Shown piece after piece: positions 37,679 to 46,850 of a stretch of DNA of 64,000 nucleotides. The DNA comes from a bacterium (lineage in GTDB: Bacteria > SZUA-79 > Acidulodesulfobacterales > Acidulodesulfobacteraceae). The first letter of the stretch is position 1, and the number at the start of each line of letters is the position of its first letter. Location: NCBI GenBank assembly GCA_021822485.1, contig JAKAQP010000002.1:10120-74119 (forward strand). The letters are read 5' to 3'. Position numbers and translations under genes: made by a program. Below the pieces are notes generated by a model. That model was not told the DNA's origin and ran no database searches. It saw nothing but the letters and a program-made list of their open reading frames with translations.

Positions 37679-38677
37679 ATGGAATTTAAGGTAAGGGCTT
37701 ACAGATTTAATCCTGAAACCGACGAAAAACCGTACTATAAAGAATATACGGCAGAAGACTATCCGGGCATGACTGTTTTAAACGCCTTAATAAAAATAAA
37801 ATCGGAGCTTGACGGAACGCTAAGTTTTAGAAGGTCATGCAGAAGCGCCATCTGCGGTTCCTGCGCTATGAAAATAAACGGCATAACCAAACTTGCATGT
37901 AAAACGCAGGTTAGCTTAGAAATAGATAAATTTGGAATAATAAACGTCGAACCTCTTGCCAACATGCCGGTAATTCGCGATTTAATCGTCGATCAGGAGG
38001 TTTTTTTCGATAAGATAAAAGCCATAAAACCTTATCTGCTCGGACAGAGGGAAGACGCAGCACATAACCGCTTTAAGACATTAAAAGAAGGCGAAAAAAT
38101 CAGTCAGCCGGTTTACGATAAATCGGAGTTTAAAAATTTGACCGGAAACGAAGATACGCCTAACTGCATTTTGTGCGAATGCTGTTATTCCGAATGCGGC
38201 GGAGTAGTCGGTAATAAAAACTATCTCGGACCTGCCGCTCTCGCTAAACTTTATAGATATGCCGAAGATCCGAGAGATAACGATAAAAACGGTTCACGTT
38301 TAGTAAACGGTTCTAAGCCTAACGGTTTTTGGGATTGCGTTCACTGTCAGTCATGTGAACAGTTCTGCCCGAAAGGTATTTCTCCGGTAAAATCGATAGT
38401 CAGGCTTCATGAAAAATCGGTTAAAAATTCCATTACTTTTTCGCCAGGTTCGAAGCATGTAGTTTCTATAGCGAGGTCTATAGGTGAAACGGGAAGGCTC
38501 GACGAAATAAAAGTTGCATTTGAATCCGGAGGAGTTACGGGGCTTTTAAACGATCTGCCGGTTGCGTTTGGCGCTGGTCTTAAGGGAAAGATACCGCCTC
38601 TCAGGCATAAATTAATAAAAGATATGGAAGATATTCGGCTTGCATATAAAGAACTGGACTTGGAGGATAAATTATGA
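37679..38677 (+). CDS. sdhB: succinate dehydrogenase / fumarate reductase iron-sulfur subunit with a C-terminal extension
   Basis: 332 aa. 2Fe-2S CRSAICGSCAM...C, 4Fe-4S CILCECCYSEC, and the third site CVHCQSCEQFCP, which has the extra Cys expected for a second 4Fe-4S (type-E/Tfr-like) rather than a 3Fe-4S. About 80 extra residues at the C-terminus. Confidence 0.85.
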   Translation: MEFKVRAYRFNPETDEKPYYKEYTAEDYPGMTVLNALIKIKSELDGTLSFRRSCRSAICGSCAMKINGITKLACKTQVSLEIDKFGIINVEPLANMPVIRDLIVDQEVFFDKIKAIKPYLLGQREDAAHNRFKTLKEGEKISQPVYDKSEFKNLTGNEDTPNCILCECCYSECGGVVGNKNYLGPAALAKLYRYAEDPRDNDKNGSRLVNGSKPNGFWDCVHCQSCEQFCPKGISPVKSIVRLHEKSVKNSITFSPGSKHVVSIARSIGETGRLDEIKVAFESGGVTGLLNDLPVAFGAGLKGKIPPLRHKLIKDMEDIRLAYKELDLEDKL

Positions 38678-39561
38678 TTACATATGCTTATTATCCTGGG
38701 TGCGTAGCTCAGGAAAGCGGCAAAGAACTCGATAACGCCACAAAATATATTGCAAGCAAATTAGATTTAAATTTAATTCCAATGCCTGAGGCGTCATGCT
38801 GCGGAGGCGGTGTTATCGACGGCTTCGATAAAAACTTAAAACTTTTTATAAACGGTAGAACCCTTGCTTTGGCGGAAAAAGAAGGGCTTGATATAATGAC
38901 TATATGCAATACCTGCACCCTGACTCTGAGCGAGGTAAACGAAGAACTTATAAATAATCCCGAATCATTAGAAAAAACAAACGAGTATCTTGCTAAAATA
39001 GGTTTGAAATATACCGGAAAAGTTAAAGTAAAGCATATTTTATATGCCGTAAGAGACGACATAGGATTCGATAAATTAAAAGAAAAAGCGGTTAAAAGCC
39101 TGAAAGGAATAAAAATAGCCCCGTTTTACGGATGCCATATACTTAGGCCGTCAAGCGCGGTTAAGTTCGACGACGTGGAAAATCCTCAAGGATTCGAAGA
39201 GTTGATTAAAGCTCTGGGCGGCGAGCCCGTATCTTATGCCAGAAGGACCAAATGCTGCGGATTTCAGACGATACTCGTCAACGAATCTACTTCTACATCG
39301 CTTGCGGGCAATGCTATTTACGAGGCTCAGGAGAAAGAAGCCGACGTCATGGTAACCCCTTGTCCTTTATGCCACTTAAGTTTAGATACATATCAAACGG
39401 TTGCGGCAAAAAATATAAACAAAAAATTATCTCTGCCTATACTTCATTTGCCTCAGCTTATAGGCATAGCCTTAGGCGCCGATTATGCCGAAATGGGTTT
39501 TTCGAGGCATAACGTTTCGCTTAGGGGCGTAATGGCTAAAGTCAGGCAGAACGAAATATAA
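38674..39561 (+). CDS. sdhE: SdhE-type (HdrB-like, double CCG domain) subunit of type-E succinate dehydrogenase / thiol:fumarate reductase
   Basis: 295 aa. ATGA start/stop overlap with sdhB. CCG motifs YPGC...SCCGGG...CNTC and YGC...KCCGF...CPLC. No TM helices. Confidence 0.8.
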   Translation: MITYAYYPGCVAQESGKELDNATKYIASKLDLNLIPMPEASCCGGGVIDGFDKNLKLFINGRTLALAEKEGLDIMTICNTCTLTLSEVNEELINNPESLEKTNEYLAKIGLKYTGKVKVKHILYAVRDDIGFDKLKEKAVKSLKGIKIAPFYGCHILRPSSAVKFDDVENPQGFEELIKALGGEPVSYARRTKCCGFQTILVNESTSTSLAGNAIYEAQEKEADVMVTPCPLCHLSLDTYQTVAAKNINKKLSLPILHLPQLIGIALGADYAEMGFSRHNVSLRGVMAKVRQNEI

Positions 39562-39589
39562 TAAAAAAAATAAAAAGAGGAAGGTTAAA

Positions 39590-39883
39590 ATGTCCGATAC
39601 TATAAATGTGGTTCTTAAAGCACTTAAAGGTCTTTCGATTATCGCACAGGAAAAATTAGACGATTATGTCGATATATCGGATGAAGAGAGCAGGGAAGCG
39701 GCAGACCAGATTATCGAAACCGTTAAATATGAATCAGGCGTTATTTTTAAGTCTATAAAAGAAAAAGCCGCCGATATTCTGCTTGACGAAATGAATTTCG
39801 CTTCTACTTACGACGTAGAAGAGCTGACCAAAAAAATCCAAAAATTAGAAGCAAAGATAGAAGAGCTTACCAATAAAAGATAA
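39590..39883 (+). CDS. small acidic coiled-coil protein (phasin-like), unknown function
   Basis: 97 aa with a strong SD (AGAGGAAGG). Heptad-like C-terminus KKIQKLEAKIEELTNK. Follows sdhE by 28 nt. Confidence 0.4.
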   Translation: MSDTINVVLKALKGLSIIAQEKLDDYVDISDEESREAADQIIETVKYESGVIFKSIKEKAADILLDEMNFASTYDVEELTKKIQKLEAKIEELTNKR

Positions 39884-39907
39884 AAAATAGCGGCAATCCT
39901 CTTAATT

Positions 39908-41254
39908 TTAATCGGCGTCGTATTTTTTATATTCCATTACGACTTCGACGTTCGATTTTATACCGAATGCCTCTTTTATGCTGTTTCTTAAAAATTTTAT
40001 ATCCGTCATAGTAAATATTTTTCCTTTATTGCCTGTAAAAAATATAAAAGTAGGAATTTCTTCTCCTTCTTTCTGTACGCCGTAGCTTATGTATTTATAA
40101 ATCCTGCCGCTGCGCGGCTCTGTTTTTGCGGCTTCTATAAATCTGTTTAAATCTTTCTTTTTTATTTTTACGCTTTTTGAATCGAATATTTCTATAGACA
40201 TATCTAATATCTTATTTAAATTTTTATTTATCCTCGATGAAATATATACGAAAGGTATTCCGAAAAACTCTTTTAGCTTGTACTTAATTTCGTTTTTTAA
40301 CTGCACGGCGTTTTCCGGCAGTTTTTCTTTTAAATCCCACTTTGTAAAAGCTATTATGACCGGTTTTTTTTCAAGCGTTATTCTCCTCAGCAAAGACAGG
40401 TCTTCATGCGTAATATCCAAATTTACATCCATAAAAAGAACGACGATATCCGCCCTCTTTATTTGATTAAGGCTCTGTTTTTGAAATGCTTCGGAATTCA
40501 AATTAAGTTTATTTTTTTTTCTGATGCCTGCAGTATCTACTAAAGTTATAGAACGCTCTTTATATCTAATATACGTGTCTATGGAATCGCGCGTGGTGCC
40601 GGGTTTGTCGTCTGTAAAAAGCAGGTCTTCTTTTAATAAGGTGTTTATATAAGTAGATTTTCCGCTGTTAGGTCTTCCGATTATGGCTATTTTAAAAGAA
40701 TTTTCGTCTTCTTCGACGTTTTTTTGAGGTTTTATCGGTTTTTTAATATTTATTTCTTCGGCTATTTTTTCGAGTATTTCATATATGCCCGTTCCTTTTT
40801 CCGCGCTTGCGGATATAACCGTTTTTATGCCGAGACCTATAAATTCGCTTTCCGCTCCGTTTACATCTCTGGGAGAATCGACTTTATTTATTACCAAGAT
40901 AATATTAGAGCCGTTTTTTTTAAGGCGTTTAAATATCTCCCTATCTTCCGGTAAAAACCCGCTTTTATAATCGACCGCAAATAAAATTAAGCCGGCTTTT
41001 TTTGAATATTCGAAAACTTTGTCCCTGATTTTTTTTTCTGTTTCGTTTGCGGGCGAAACGTTAAATCCGCCGCTGTCTGAAATAAAAAAATCCGTTCCGT
41101 TAAAGGATATTTTTTTTATATTTAAATCTAAAGTAGTACCGGCGATTTTAGACGACAAAGCCGAAGTTTTTCCGGTTATTTTATTAAATATAGTCGATTT
41201 TCCTACATTAGGCCTGCCGATTATAAGTACGAAAAAATCTTTACTTTTTATCAT
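39908..41254 (-). CDS. der: ribosome-biogenesis GTPase Der (EngA)
   Basis: 448 aa. Two tandem G domains (GRPNVGKST twice; DSGG / DTAG; NKVD / TKWD) plus a KH-like C-terminus. Confidence 0.9.
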   Translation of the reverse strand: MIKSKDFFVLIIGRPNVGKSTIFNKITGKTSALSSKIAGTTLDLNIKKISFNGTDFFISDSGGFNVSPANETEKKIRDKVFEYSKKAGLILFAVDYKSGFLPEDREIFKRLKKNGSNIILVINKVDSPRDVNGAESEFIGLGIKTVISASAEKGTGIYEILEKIAEEINIKKPIKPQKNVEEDENSFKIAIIGRPNSGKSTYINTLLKEDLLFTDDKPGTTRDSIDTYIRYKERSITLVDTAGIRKKNKLNLNSEAFQKQSLNQIKRADIVVLFMDVNLDITHEDLSLLRRITLEKKPVIIAFTKWDLKEKLPENAVQLKNEIKYKLKEFFGIPFVYISSRINKNLNKILDMSIEIFDSKSVKIKKKDLNRFIEAAKTEPRSGRIYKYISYGVQKEGEEIPTFIFFTGNKGKIFTMTDIKFLRNSIKEAFGIKSNVEVVMEYKKYDAD

Positions 41255-41933
41255 TTAGTTTCTCCATAAATTTCTTAATTGCAATTTTCGCTCCGTTTTG
41301 TTCCGCATCTTTTTTTGTGTTGCCGCGCCCTAAAGCAAAAATCTCGTCGTCTATTTTAACGCATATCGTAAAAACGGCATTGTGGTCTGGACCTTCTTTG
41401 TTAATAGTAATATATCGCGGCGTTCTGCCCGTTTCTTTTTGAACCATCTCCTGAAGTTCGGTTTTAAAATCGGAATTTTTTAAGATTTCTTCATCGATAT
41501 CGGGGGTAACTTTTAAAATATGCTTTAGAAGTATTTCTTTTGCTTTTTCAAAGGAGGAGTCGAGAAATACCGCTCCGATTACGGCTTCATAAACATTGCC
41601 GATTATTCTTTTATTTTTAGCTTTTAACTCTGCGGCGCCGTTATCGCGTTCTTTAATTATAAACTCGGAAATCTTAATATTTTGAGCTATGTTATGAAGA
41701 GCATCTAATCTTACGAGCGACGCCCGATATTTGGAAAGTTCTCCCTCGTTTAAATTTATGTAATTTTTATAAAGATATTCTGTTACTATAGCGCCTATAA
41801 CCGCATCGCCGAGAAACTCCAACCTTTCATAGTTTTTCTCTGCGCTTACGGATTTATGCGTAAAAGCAAGGTCTATTAACGACCTGTCCTTAAACGAATA
41901 TCCTATTCTTTTTTCAATAATATTATAATCCAT
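41241..41933 (-). CDS. rnc: ribonuclease III
   Basis: 230 aa. ERLEFLGDAV signature and a C-terminal dsRBD (GPDHNAVFT...G.G.TKKDAEQNGA). Confidence 0.9.
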   Translation of the reverse strand: MDYNIIEKRIGYSFKDRSLIDLAFTHKSVSAEKNYERLEFLGDAVIGAIVTEYLYKNYINLNEGELSKYRASLVRLDALHNIAQNIKISEFIIKERDNGAAELKAKNKRIIGNVYEAVIGAVFLDSSFEKAKEILLKHILKVTPDIDEEILKNSDFKTELQEMVQKETGRTPRYITINKEGPDHNAVFTICVKIDDEIFALGRGNTKKDAEQNGAKIAIKKFMEKLNDKK

Positions 41934-41936
41934 TTC

Positions 41937-43256
41937 TTATATAAAAGCTTCAATTTCTACTGTTACTTCCGAAACCTCGTCTTTCCTAACGCGTCCGCCT
42001 ATATTTATAATTTTTCCTTTAAATTCCGTTCCTTGAGTTAAATTAGGATATCCGGATATTTTTGCTTTAATATAATTGGAACTTATCGCTTTATCGTCCG
42101 TCAGGCTGATAAATTCTAAAGTTTTATCGTAGAATTTATCATGAAATTTTATTTTTTTTTGGAGAGAAATTTCTCTTATTATGCCGGTTCTTCTTTTAAT
42201 TTCAGTCTCTTTAATTTTCGGCTTTAAAAAATAAGATTCCGTTCCTTCTCTGTCCGAATAAGAAAAAGCATGTATATAATAAATAGGCAGTTTTTCGATA
42301 TTTTTCGCCGTTTCGTAAAAATCGCTTTCGGTTTCACCCGGAAAGCCGCTTATTATGTCCGTTCCTATTGCGGCGTCCGGCACAGATTCGCAAATTTTTT
42401 CTGCTATTTTTAAATAGTCGTTAAAAGAATAATTTCTTTTCATTAGCTTAAGTATTCGGTCGGAAGCGCTTTGGAGAGGTATATGAAAATGATTTCTGAT
42501 TTTTCTAGAATCCGCAAAAATTTTAATAATTTCGTCGTCTATGTATATAGGGTCTATGGAACTAATCCTTATTTTGACCCCGTTTTTTAGCTCTTCTGCG
42601 CCAATAAGCAGTTCTTTTAATCCGGCGCCGGATTTTTTGTCTTTATACGAGCCTATATTTACTCCGGTTAATATTATTTCGCGAAAACCTTGTCTGCCGA
42701 ATTCTTCTATATAACGCAAAACTTTTTTTATGCCGAGCGACCATTTGACGGGTCTTGCTTTAGGTATTATGCAGTAAGAACATTCAAGTTCGCAGCCTTC
42801 CTGAATTTTCAAATAAGGCCTGGTTCGTTTTTGATTAAAAACCGAATTCGGAAATTCGTCTGCCGAATTTTTTATAAGCTCGGCCTTTTTTACGTTATCC
42901 ATAAGTTTTAAACCGGCTATGTCCAAAAATCTGCCTTTATTAATCTGGGCTGAACATCCGGTAATAATCAAACGGCTTTTCGGATAGCGTCTTTTAATTT
43001 TTCTTACGGTTCTTTCTGTTTCCGTGTCTGCTTTGTCCGTAACGGTACAGGTATTTATCAAAAAAACGTCGATTTCCGGTTCGCCGTATTCTGCGGCGTA
43101 AATATTAAACCGTTTAAATATTTCGGAAAGTTGGTTTGATTCAAACTGGTTAAGTTTGCATCCCGAAGAAACGACGGCGCATTTAACGGCTGCCTTTCCG
43201 CCGTTCAGATTTTCTTTTCCGAATAGTTCCGCAATTATATTTTCCGTTATGGTCAT
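41937..43256 (-). CDS. mtaB: radical-SAM methylthiotransferase, MtaB-like (tRNA t6A37)
   Basis: 439 aa. UPF0004 N-domain Cys residues (GCKLNQFES, NTCTVT), radical-SAM CELECSYC, TRAM-like C-terminus. Confidence 0.7.
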   Translation of the reverse strand: MTITENIIAELFGKENLNGGKAAVKCAVVSSGCKLNQFESNQLSEIFKRFNIYAAEYGEPEIDVFLINTCTVTDKADTETERTVRKIKRRYPKSRLIITGCSAQINKGRFLDIAGLKLMDNVKKAELIKNSADEFPNSVFNQKRTRPYLKIQEGCELECSYCIIPKARPVKWSLGIKKVLRYIEEFGRQGFREIILTGVNIGSYKDKKSGAGLKELLIGAEELKNGVKIRISSIDPIYIDDEIIKIFADSRKIRNHFHIPLQSASDRILKLMKRNYSFNDYLKIAEKICESVPDAAIGTDIISGFPGETESDFYETAKNIEKLPIYYIHAFSYSDREGTESYFLKPKIKETEIKRRTGIIREISLQKKIKFHDKFYDKTLEFISLTDDKAISSNYIKAKISGYPNLTQGTEFKGKIINIGGRVRKDEVSEVTVEIEAFI

Positions 43257-43278
43257 GTTTTTCGTATATTTTAATTTA

Positions 43279-44367
43279 TTATTCTATAATTCCGCCGCCT
43301 ATAACTTTAATTCCGGAATAAAGTACGGCGGACTGTCCCGGAGTTATAAATTTAACTTTTTCGCCGAATTTTATTTTTACGGAACCGTCTTCTGAAATAC
43401 TGGCTTTACATCTATAATCAGGCGAAGAATATCTTATCTTTGCGGAGATTTTTATCTCTTCGAGCAAGTTTTTATATTCGGGATTAATAAAATTGAAATT
43501 TTTAACCGTTAAAGAATCGGACATGCAGTCTTCTATATTTCCAACGAAAATTTCATTATTTTCCGCCGAAATATTAACTACGTATAGAGGATTTTTAGAA
43601 GAAACTCCGAGCCTTTTCCTCTGCCCTACGGTGTAGTTAAAAATACCGCTATGTTCCCCTATTATTTCCCCTCTTAAATTTTTAATAAATCCTTTTTTTA
43701 AACATCCGGATGATTGCTTTTTAATGAATCCTGCATAATCTTTATCCGGAACGAAGCATATTTCTACGCTGTCTTTTTTGCCGGAAATATCGGCAAATCC
43801 GGCATCCGAAGCTATCCTGCGCGTCTGCATTTTATTCATATTGCCTACCGGAAACATTATGCTTTTAAGGTTTTCCTGCGAAAGGCCGTAAAGAACGTAA
43901 GACTGGTCTTTAGATAAATCTTTAGATTTAAGGAGAAAATAGCGTCCGTCCGTATCTGCCGTTATTCTTGCATAATGTCCCGTAGCAAGAAAATCTGCGC
44001 CGAGTTCTTTTGCTCTTTTAATCAGCAGGTCGAACTTCATAACGCAGTTGCATACAATGCAGGGATTAGGCGTTTTTCCGTCTAAATATTCCGTGACGAA
44101 CCGGTCTATTACTTCGGTTTTAAATTCTTTTTCGAGATTTACGACAAAATGGGGAATGCCGAGTTTTACGCAAACCCTTTTTGCCGAAATTATATCGTCC
44201 GTGCTGCAGCAGGTTTTTAAATTACAGGAGGACGTATCTTCCGAAACGAGATGCATAGAAACGCCGATTACAGAGTAGCCCCTTTTTTTAAGGATTATAG
44301 CGCTTACCGAGCTGTCTACGCCGCCAGACATTGCTACGGCGACGGTTTTATTGGATTTAATAAGCAT
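43279..44367 (-). CDS. mnmA: tRNA-specific 2-thiouridylase MnmA
   Basis: 362 aa. PP-loop AMSGGVDSS, catalytic Cys in NPCIVCN, GHYAR. Confidence 0.9.
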   Translation of the reverse strand: MLIKSNKTVAVAMSGGVDSSVSAIILKKRGYSVIGVSMHLVSEDTSSCNLKTCCSTDDIISAKRVCVKLGIPHFVVNLEKEFKTEVIDRFVTEYLDGKTPNPCIVCNCVMKFDLLIKRAKELGADFLATGHYARITADTDGRYFLLKSKDLSKDQSYVLYGLSQENLKSIMFPVGNMNKMQTRRIASDAGFADISGKKDSVEICFVPDKDYAGFIKKQSSGCLKKGFIKNLRGEIIGEHSGIFNYTVGQRKRLGVSSKNPLYVVNISAENNEIFVGNIEDCMSDSLTVKNFNFINPEYKNLLEEIKISAKIRYSSPDYRCKASISEDGSVKIKFGEKVKFITPGQSAVLYSGIKVIGGGIIE

Positions 44368-44386
44368 AATAATATACAGCGCGGCA

Positions 44387-45553
44387 TCAACCGCCCGCCC
44401 GCAATTTTAGCACGCCCTTTTTAATAGCGCTTACGGCATAATCTATATCGTCTTCCGTAGTATATCTTCCTATGCTGAATCTTATAGCCGACTCTATCCT
44501 TTTAGCATCGTATCCGTGAGCCTTTAATACGTGAGACAGGGAAATCGTTCCGGCATTGCAGGCGGAACCGGCTGAAGCGCTTATTCCGTAAAGGTCAAGA
44601 TTAAACAGAAGGGTTTCCGATTTGACGCCGTCGAAAGAAACATTCAAGGTATTTTTCAGCCTGTTTACGGGATTTCCGTTAAGTTTTATGCCTTCTATGC
44701 CGTAAAAAAGTTTGTCGTGAAAAATGCTTCCAAGCGAATTAATTCTCGTCAATTCGTCGTTCATGATATTTTTTAATAAACTTAAACCTTTCGCTATGGA
44801 AACTATACCCGCTATATTTTCCGTACCTGCCCTTAAACCTCGTTCCTGATGTCCGCCATGAATAATAGGCTCTATATTTACCCCTTTTTTTATATAAAGA
44901 GCTCCGCATCCTTTTAAAGCGTAAAATTTATGTCCAGAAAAACTGCACATATCCAAAGGAACGTCTTTTAGGCTGAAATGCGCTTTGCCTATAACTTGAA
45001 CTAAGTCGCTGTGGCAGATAACGTCTTCCTTAACTTTTTTAACCTCTTCAAAAATTTGTTTAATCGGAAAAAGCGTGCCGGTTTCGTTATTTGCCCCCAT
45101 AATAGAAACTAACGAGGTATTTTCCCTTATTGCTCCGGTTACTTCCTCGATATCGATCATGCCGAATTCGTTTACTCCGACATAAGTAGTTTCTGCGCCT
45201 ATAGATTCCAAGAATTTAAAGGTGTTTAATACCGCATGGTGTTCTACCGCCGAAGTTATAATATGCGGAACCTTTTTTTTGTTGTTTTTCATATAAGCGT
45301 AAACGGAACCCTTTATCGCAAGATTAATGGATTCCGAACCCGAAGACGTAAAAATAACTTCTCCTGAATTTCCTGCATCCAGAAAAGATTTGACTAAATC
45401 ACGGGAGTCTTCTATTAGTATTCTTGCGGCGCGCCCTTCTTCGTAAACCGAAGACGGATTGCCCTGATAATTTTTAAGTGTATTGACTACTTCTTCCAGA
45501 ACCGCCGGATCTACCGGAGTGGTCGCATTATAGTCTAAATAAATTCTTGTCAT
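44387..45553 (-). CDS. nifS: cysteine desulfurase (NifS/IscS class)
   Basis: 388 aa. PLP Lys in SFSGHKFYALKG, active-site loop SAGSACNAG. Confidence 0.9.
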   Translation of the reverse strand: MTRIYLDYNATTPVDPAVLEEVVNTLKNYQGNPSSVYEEGRAARILIEDSRDLVKSFLDAGNSGEVIFTSSGSESINLAIKGSVYAYMKNNKKKVPHIITSAVEHHAVLNTFKFLESIGAETTYVGVNEFGMIDIEEVTGAIRENTSLVSIMGANNETGTLFPIKQIFEEVKKVKEDVICHSDLVQVIGKAHFSLKDVPLDMCSFSGHKFYALKGCGALYIKKGVNIEPIIHGGHQERGLRAGTENIAGIVSIAKGLSLLKNIMNDELTRINSLGSIFHDKLFYGIEGIKLNGNPVNRLKNTLNVSFDGVKSETLLFNLDLYGISASAGSACNAGTISLSHVLKAHGYDAKRIESAIRFSIGRYTTEDDIDYAVSAIKKGVLKLRAGG

Positions 45554-45569
45554 ATGTTTCCATTTTATT

Positions 45570-45605
45570 CCATTTTGTGATAGTGCCGGAATTGAATTTT
45601 GGCAC
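45570..45605 (-). repeat. palindromic box-hairpin element, copy D
   Basis: CCATTTTGTG box, ATAG, then GTGCCGGAATT-G-AATTTTGGCAC (11 bp, two G:T pairs on the + strand). It lies 17 nt from the nifS start codon. Confidence 0.8.
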
Positions 45606-45610
45606 CTTAT

Positions 45611-45650
45611 CCCATTTTGTGCTAGTGCCAGAATTGAATTCTGGCACTAG
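45611..45650 (-). repeat. palindromic box-hairpin element, copy E
   Basis: CCCATTTTGTG box, then the perfect 14+1+14 palindrome CTAGTGCCAGAATT-G-AATTCTGGCACTAG. The outer arm contains the TAG stop of the Rrf2 gene. Confidence 0.85.
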
Positions 45651-46090
45651 GTTTTAGATGATGACAGTTTTTGTTTGTATTCGTCTATTACGTCTTGTAT
45701 AGTTATAGAACTAAGTAATTCGGTGATTTTCTTCGATACCGAATTCCACATATCGAAAGCTAAGCAGACCGATTTTCTGCCGCATTCTTTTTTTGCTTTA
45801 GATTTGCTTATACAGCTTGTAATTTCTATCGGCTCTACTGATTCTATTATATCTCCGATAAATAGCTCCGAAGGTTTTTTATTAAGCAGATAACCGCCGT
45901 TCGGACCTCTTAAACTTCTTACTATACCCGCTTTTTTTAAAGTAAAAAATATCTGTTCCAAATAGTGCAGGGAAATATATTCTCCGGCGGCAATATCCTT
46001 TAAACTTACCGGAACCGAGTTGTCCTTTGAATTATACGACAGATATATCAGCGCCCTTACGGCGTATTGACCTTTAGAAGAAAGTTTCAT
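45647..46090 (-). CDS. iscR: Rrf2-family transcriptional regulator (IscR-like)
   Basis: 147 aa. N-terminal wHTH (KGQYAVRALIYLS) and three clustered Cys residues (C-X8-C-X5-C region) suitable for an Fe-S ligand set. Confidence 0.85.
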   Translation of the reverse strand: MKLSSKGQYAVRALIYLSYNSKDNSVPVSLKDIAAGEYISLHYLEQIFFTLKKAGIVRSLRGPNGGYLLNKKPSELFIGDIIESVEPIEITSCISKSKAKKECGRKSVCLAFDMWNSVSKKITELLSSITIQDVIDEYKQKLSSSKT

Positions 46091-46092
46091 TT

Positions 46093-46743
46093 TTATTTTT
46101 TCGATGCCTCAATTTCTTTTATCCTGTTTTCAAGCTCGGATATTTTTGATTTTAAAAGCGATATCTCGTAAAAAGCAGGGTCGAAAAGTCTGTTATGTTC
46201 AAGGTCGATATTGTCGTGAACTTCCGATTCGTCCCGCTTTGTCGATTTGGCCGGTATTCCGACTACCGTAGAATGAGCAGGAACTTCGTTTACTACCACC
46301 GAATTAGCCCCTACCTTAGAGTCGTGTCCGATAGTTAAAGGGCCTAGTATTTTTGCTCCCGTGCCTATTATCACCCTGTCCCCTACGGTAGGATGCCTTT
46401 TTTCCTTTTTCCAGCTTGTCCCGCCTAACGTAACGCCGTGATAAATAGTAACGTCGTCTCCTATTTCAGCGGTTTCGCCTATCACGACCCCCATGCCGTG
46501 GTCTATAAAAAATCTTCTGCCTATTTTTGCGCCGGGATGAATTTCAATTCCCGTAAAAAATCTTCCTGCCTGCGAAACGAGCCTTGCCAAAAGCCTGAAT
46601 TTATGTTTCCATAAAAAATGCGACACTTTATGAAAATATACGGCATGAAGCCCCGGGTAGCAGAGCAAAACCTCCAAAGCGTTTCTGGCGGCAGGGTCTC
46701 TTTCGTAAACCGAATTTATATTTTCTCTTAGAGTTTTAAACAT
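46093..46743 (-). CDS. cysE: serine O-acetyltransferase
   Basis: The ORF extends to 46791, but the CysE-type N-terminus [20 protein letters not shown] starts at 46743. Hexapeptide repeats follow ([15 protein letters not shown]...). Confidence 0.85.
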   Translation of the reverse strand: MFKTLRENINSVYERDPAARNALEVLLCYPGLHAVYFHKVSHFLWKHKFRLLARLVSQAGRFFTGIEIHPGAKIGRRFFIDHGMGVVIGETAEIGDDVTIYHGVTLGGTSWKKEKRHPTVGDRVIIGTGAKILGPLTIGHDSKVGANSVVVNEVPAHSTVVGIPAKSTKRDESEVHDNIDLEHNRLFDPAFYEISLLKSKISELENRIKEIEASKK

Positions 46744-46850
46744 CTTCTGCGCAGTATATAAAAATATGATTAATACGAAATAATATTCCAAATATTTTTT
46801 ATATTTATCTTATTAATATAACAGAAATATAAAAAATATGAAAGATTATA

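Noticed and set aside
45570-45650. Possible mini-CRISPR arrays formed by the tandem palindromic repeats (B/C, D/E, G1/G2).
   Set aside because: There are only two units per locus with 4-5-nt gaps instead of 25-40-nt spacers. The repeat arms differ between loci. There are no cas genes, and the elements sit in 5' UTRs or intercistronic gaps.
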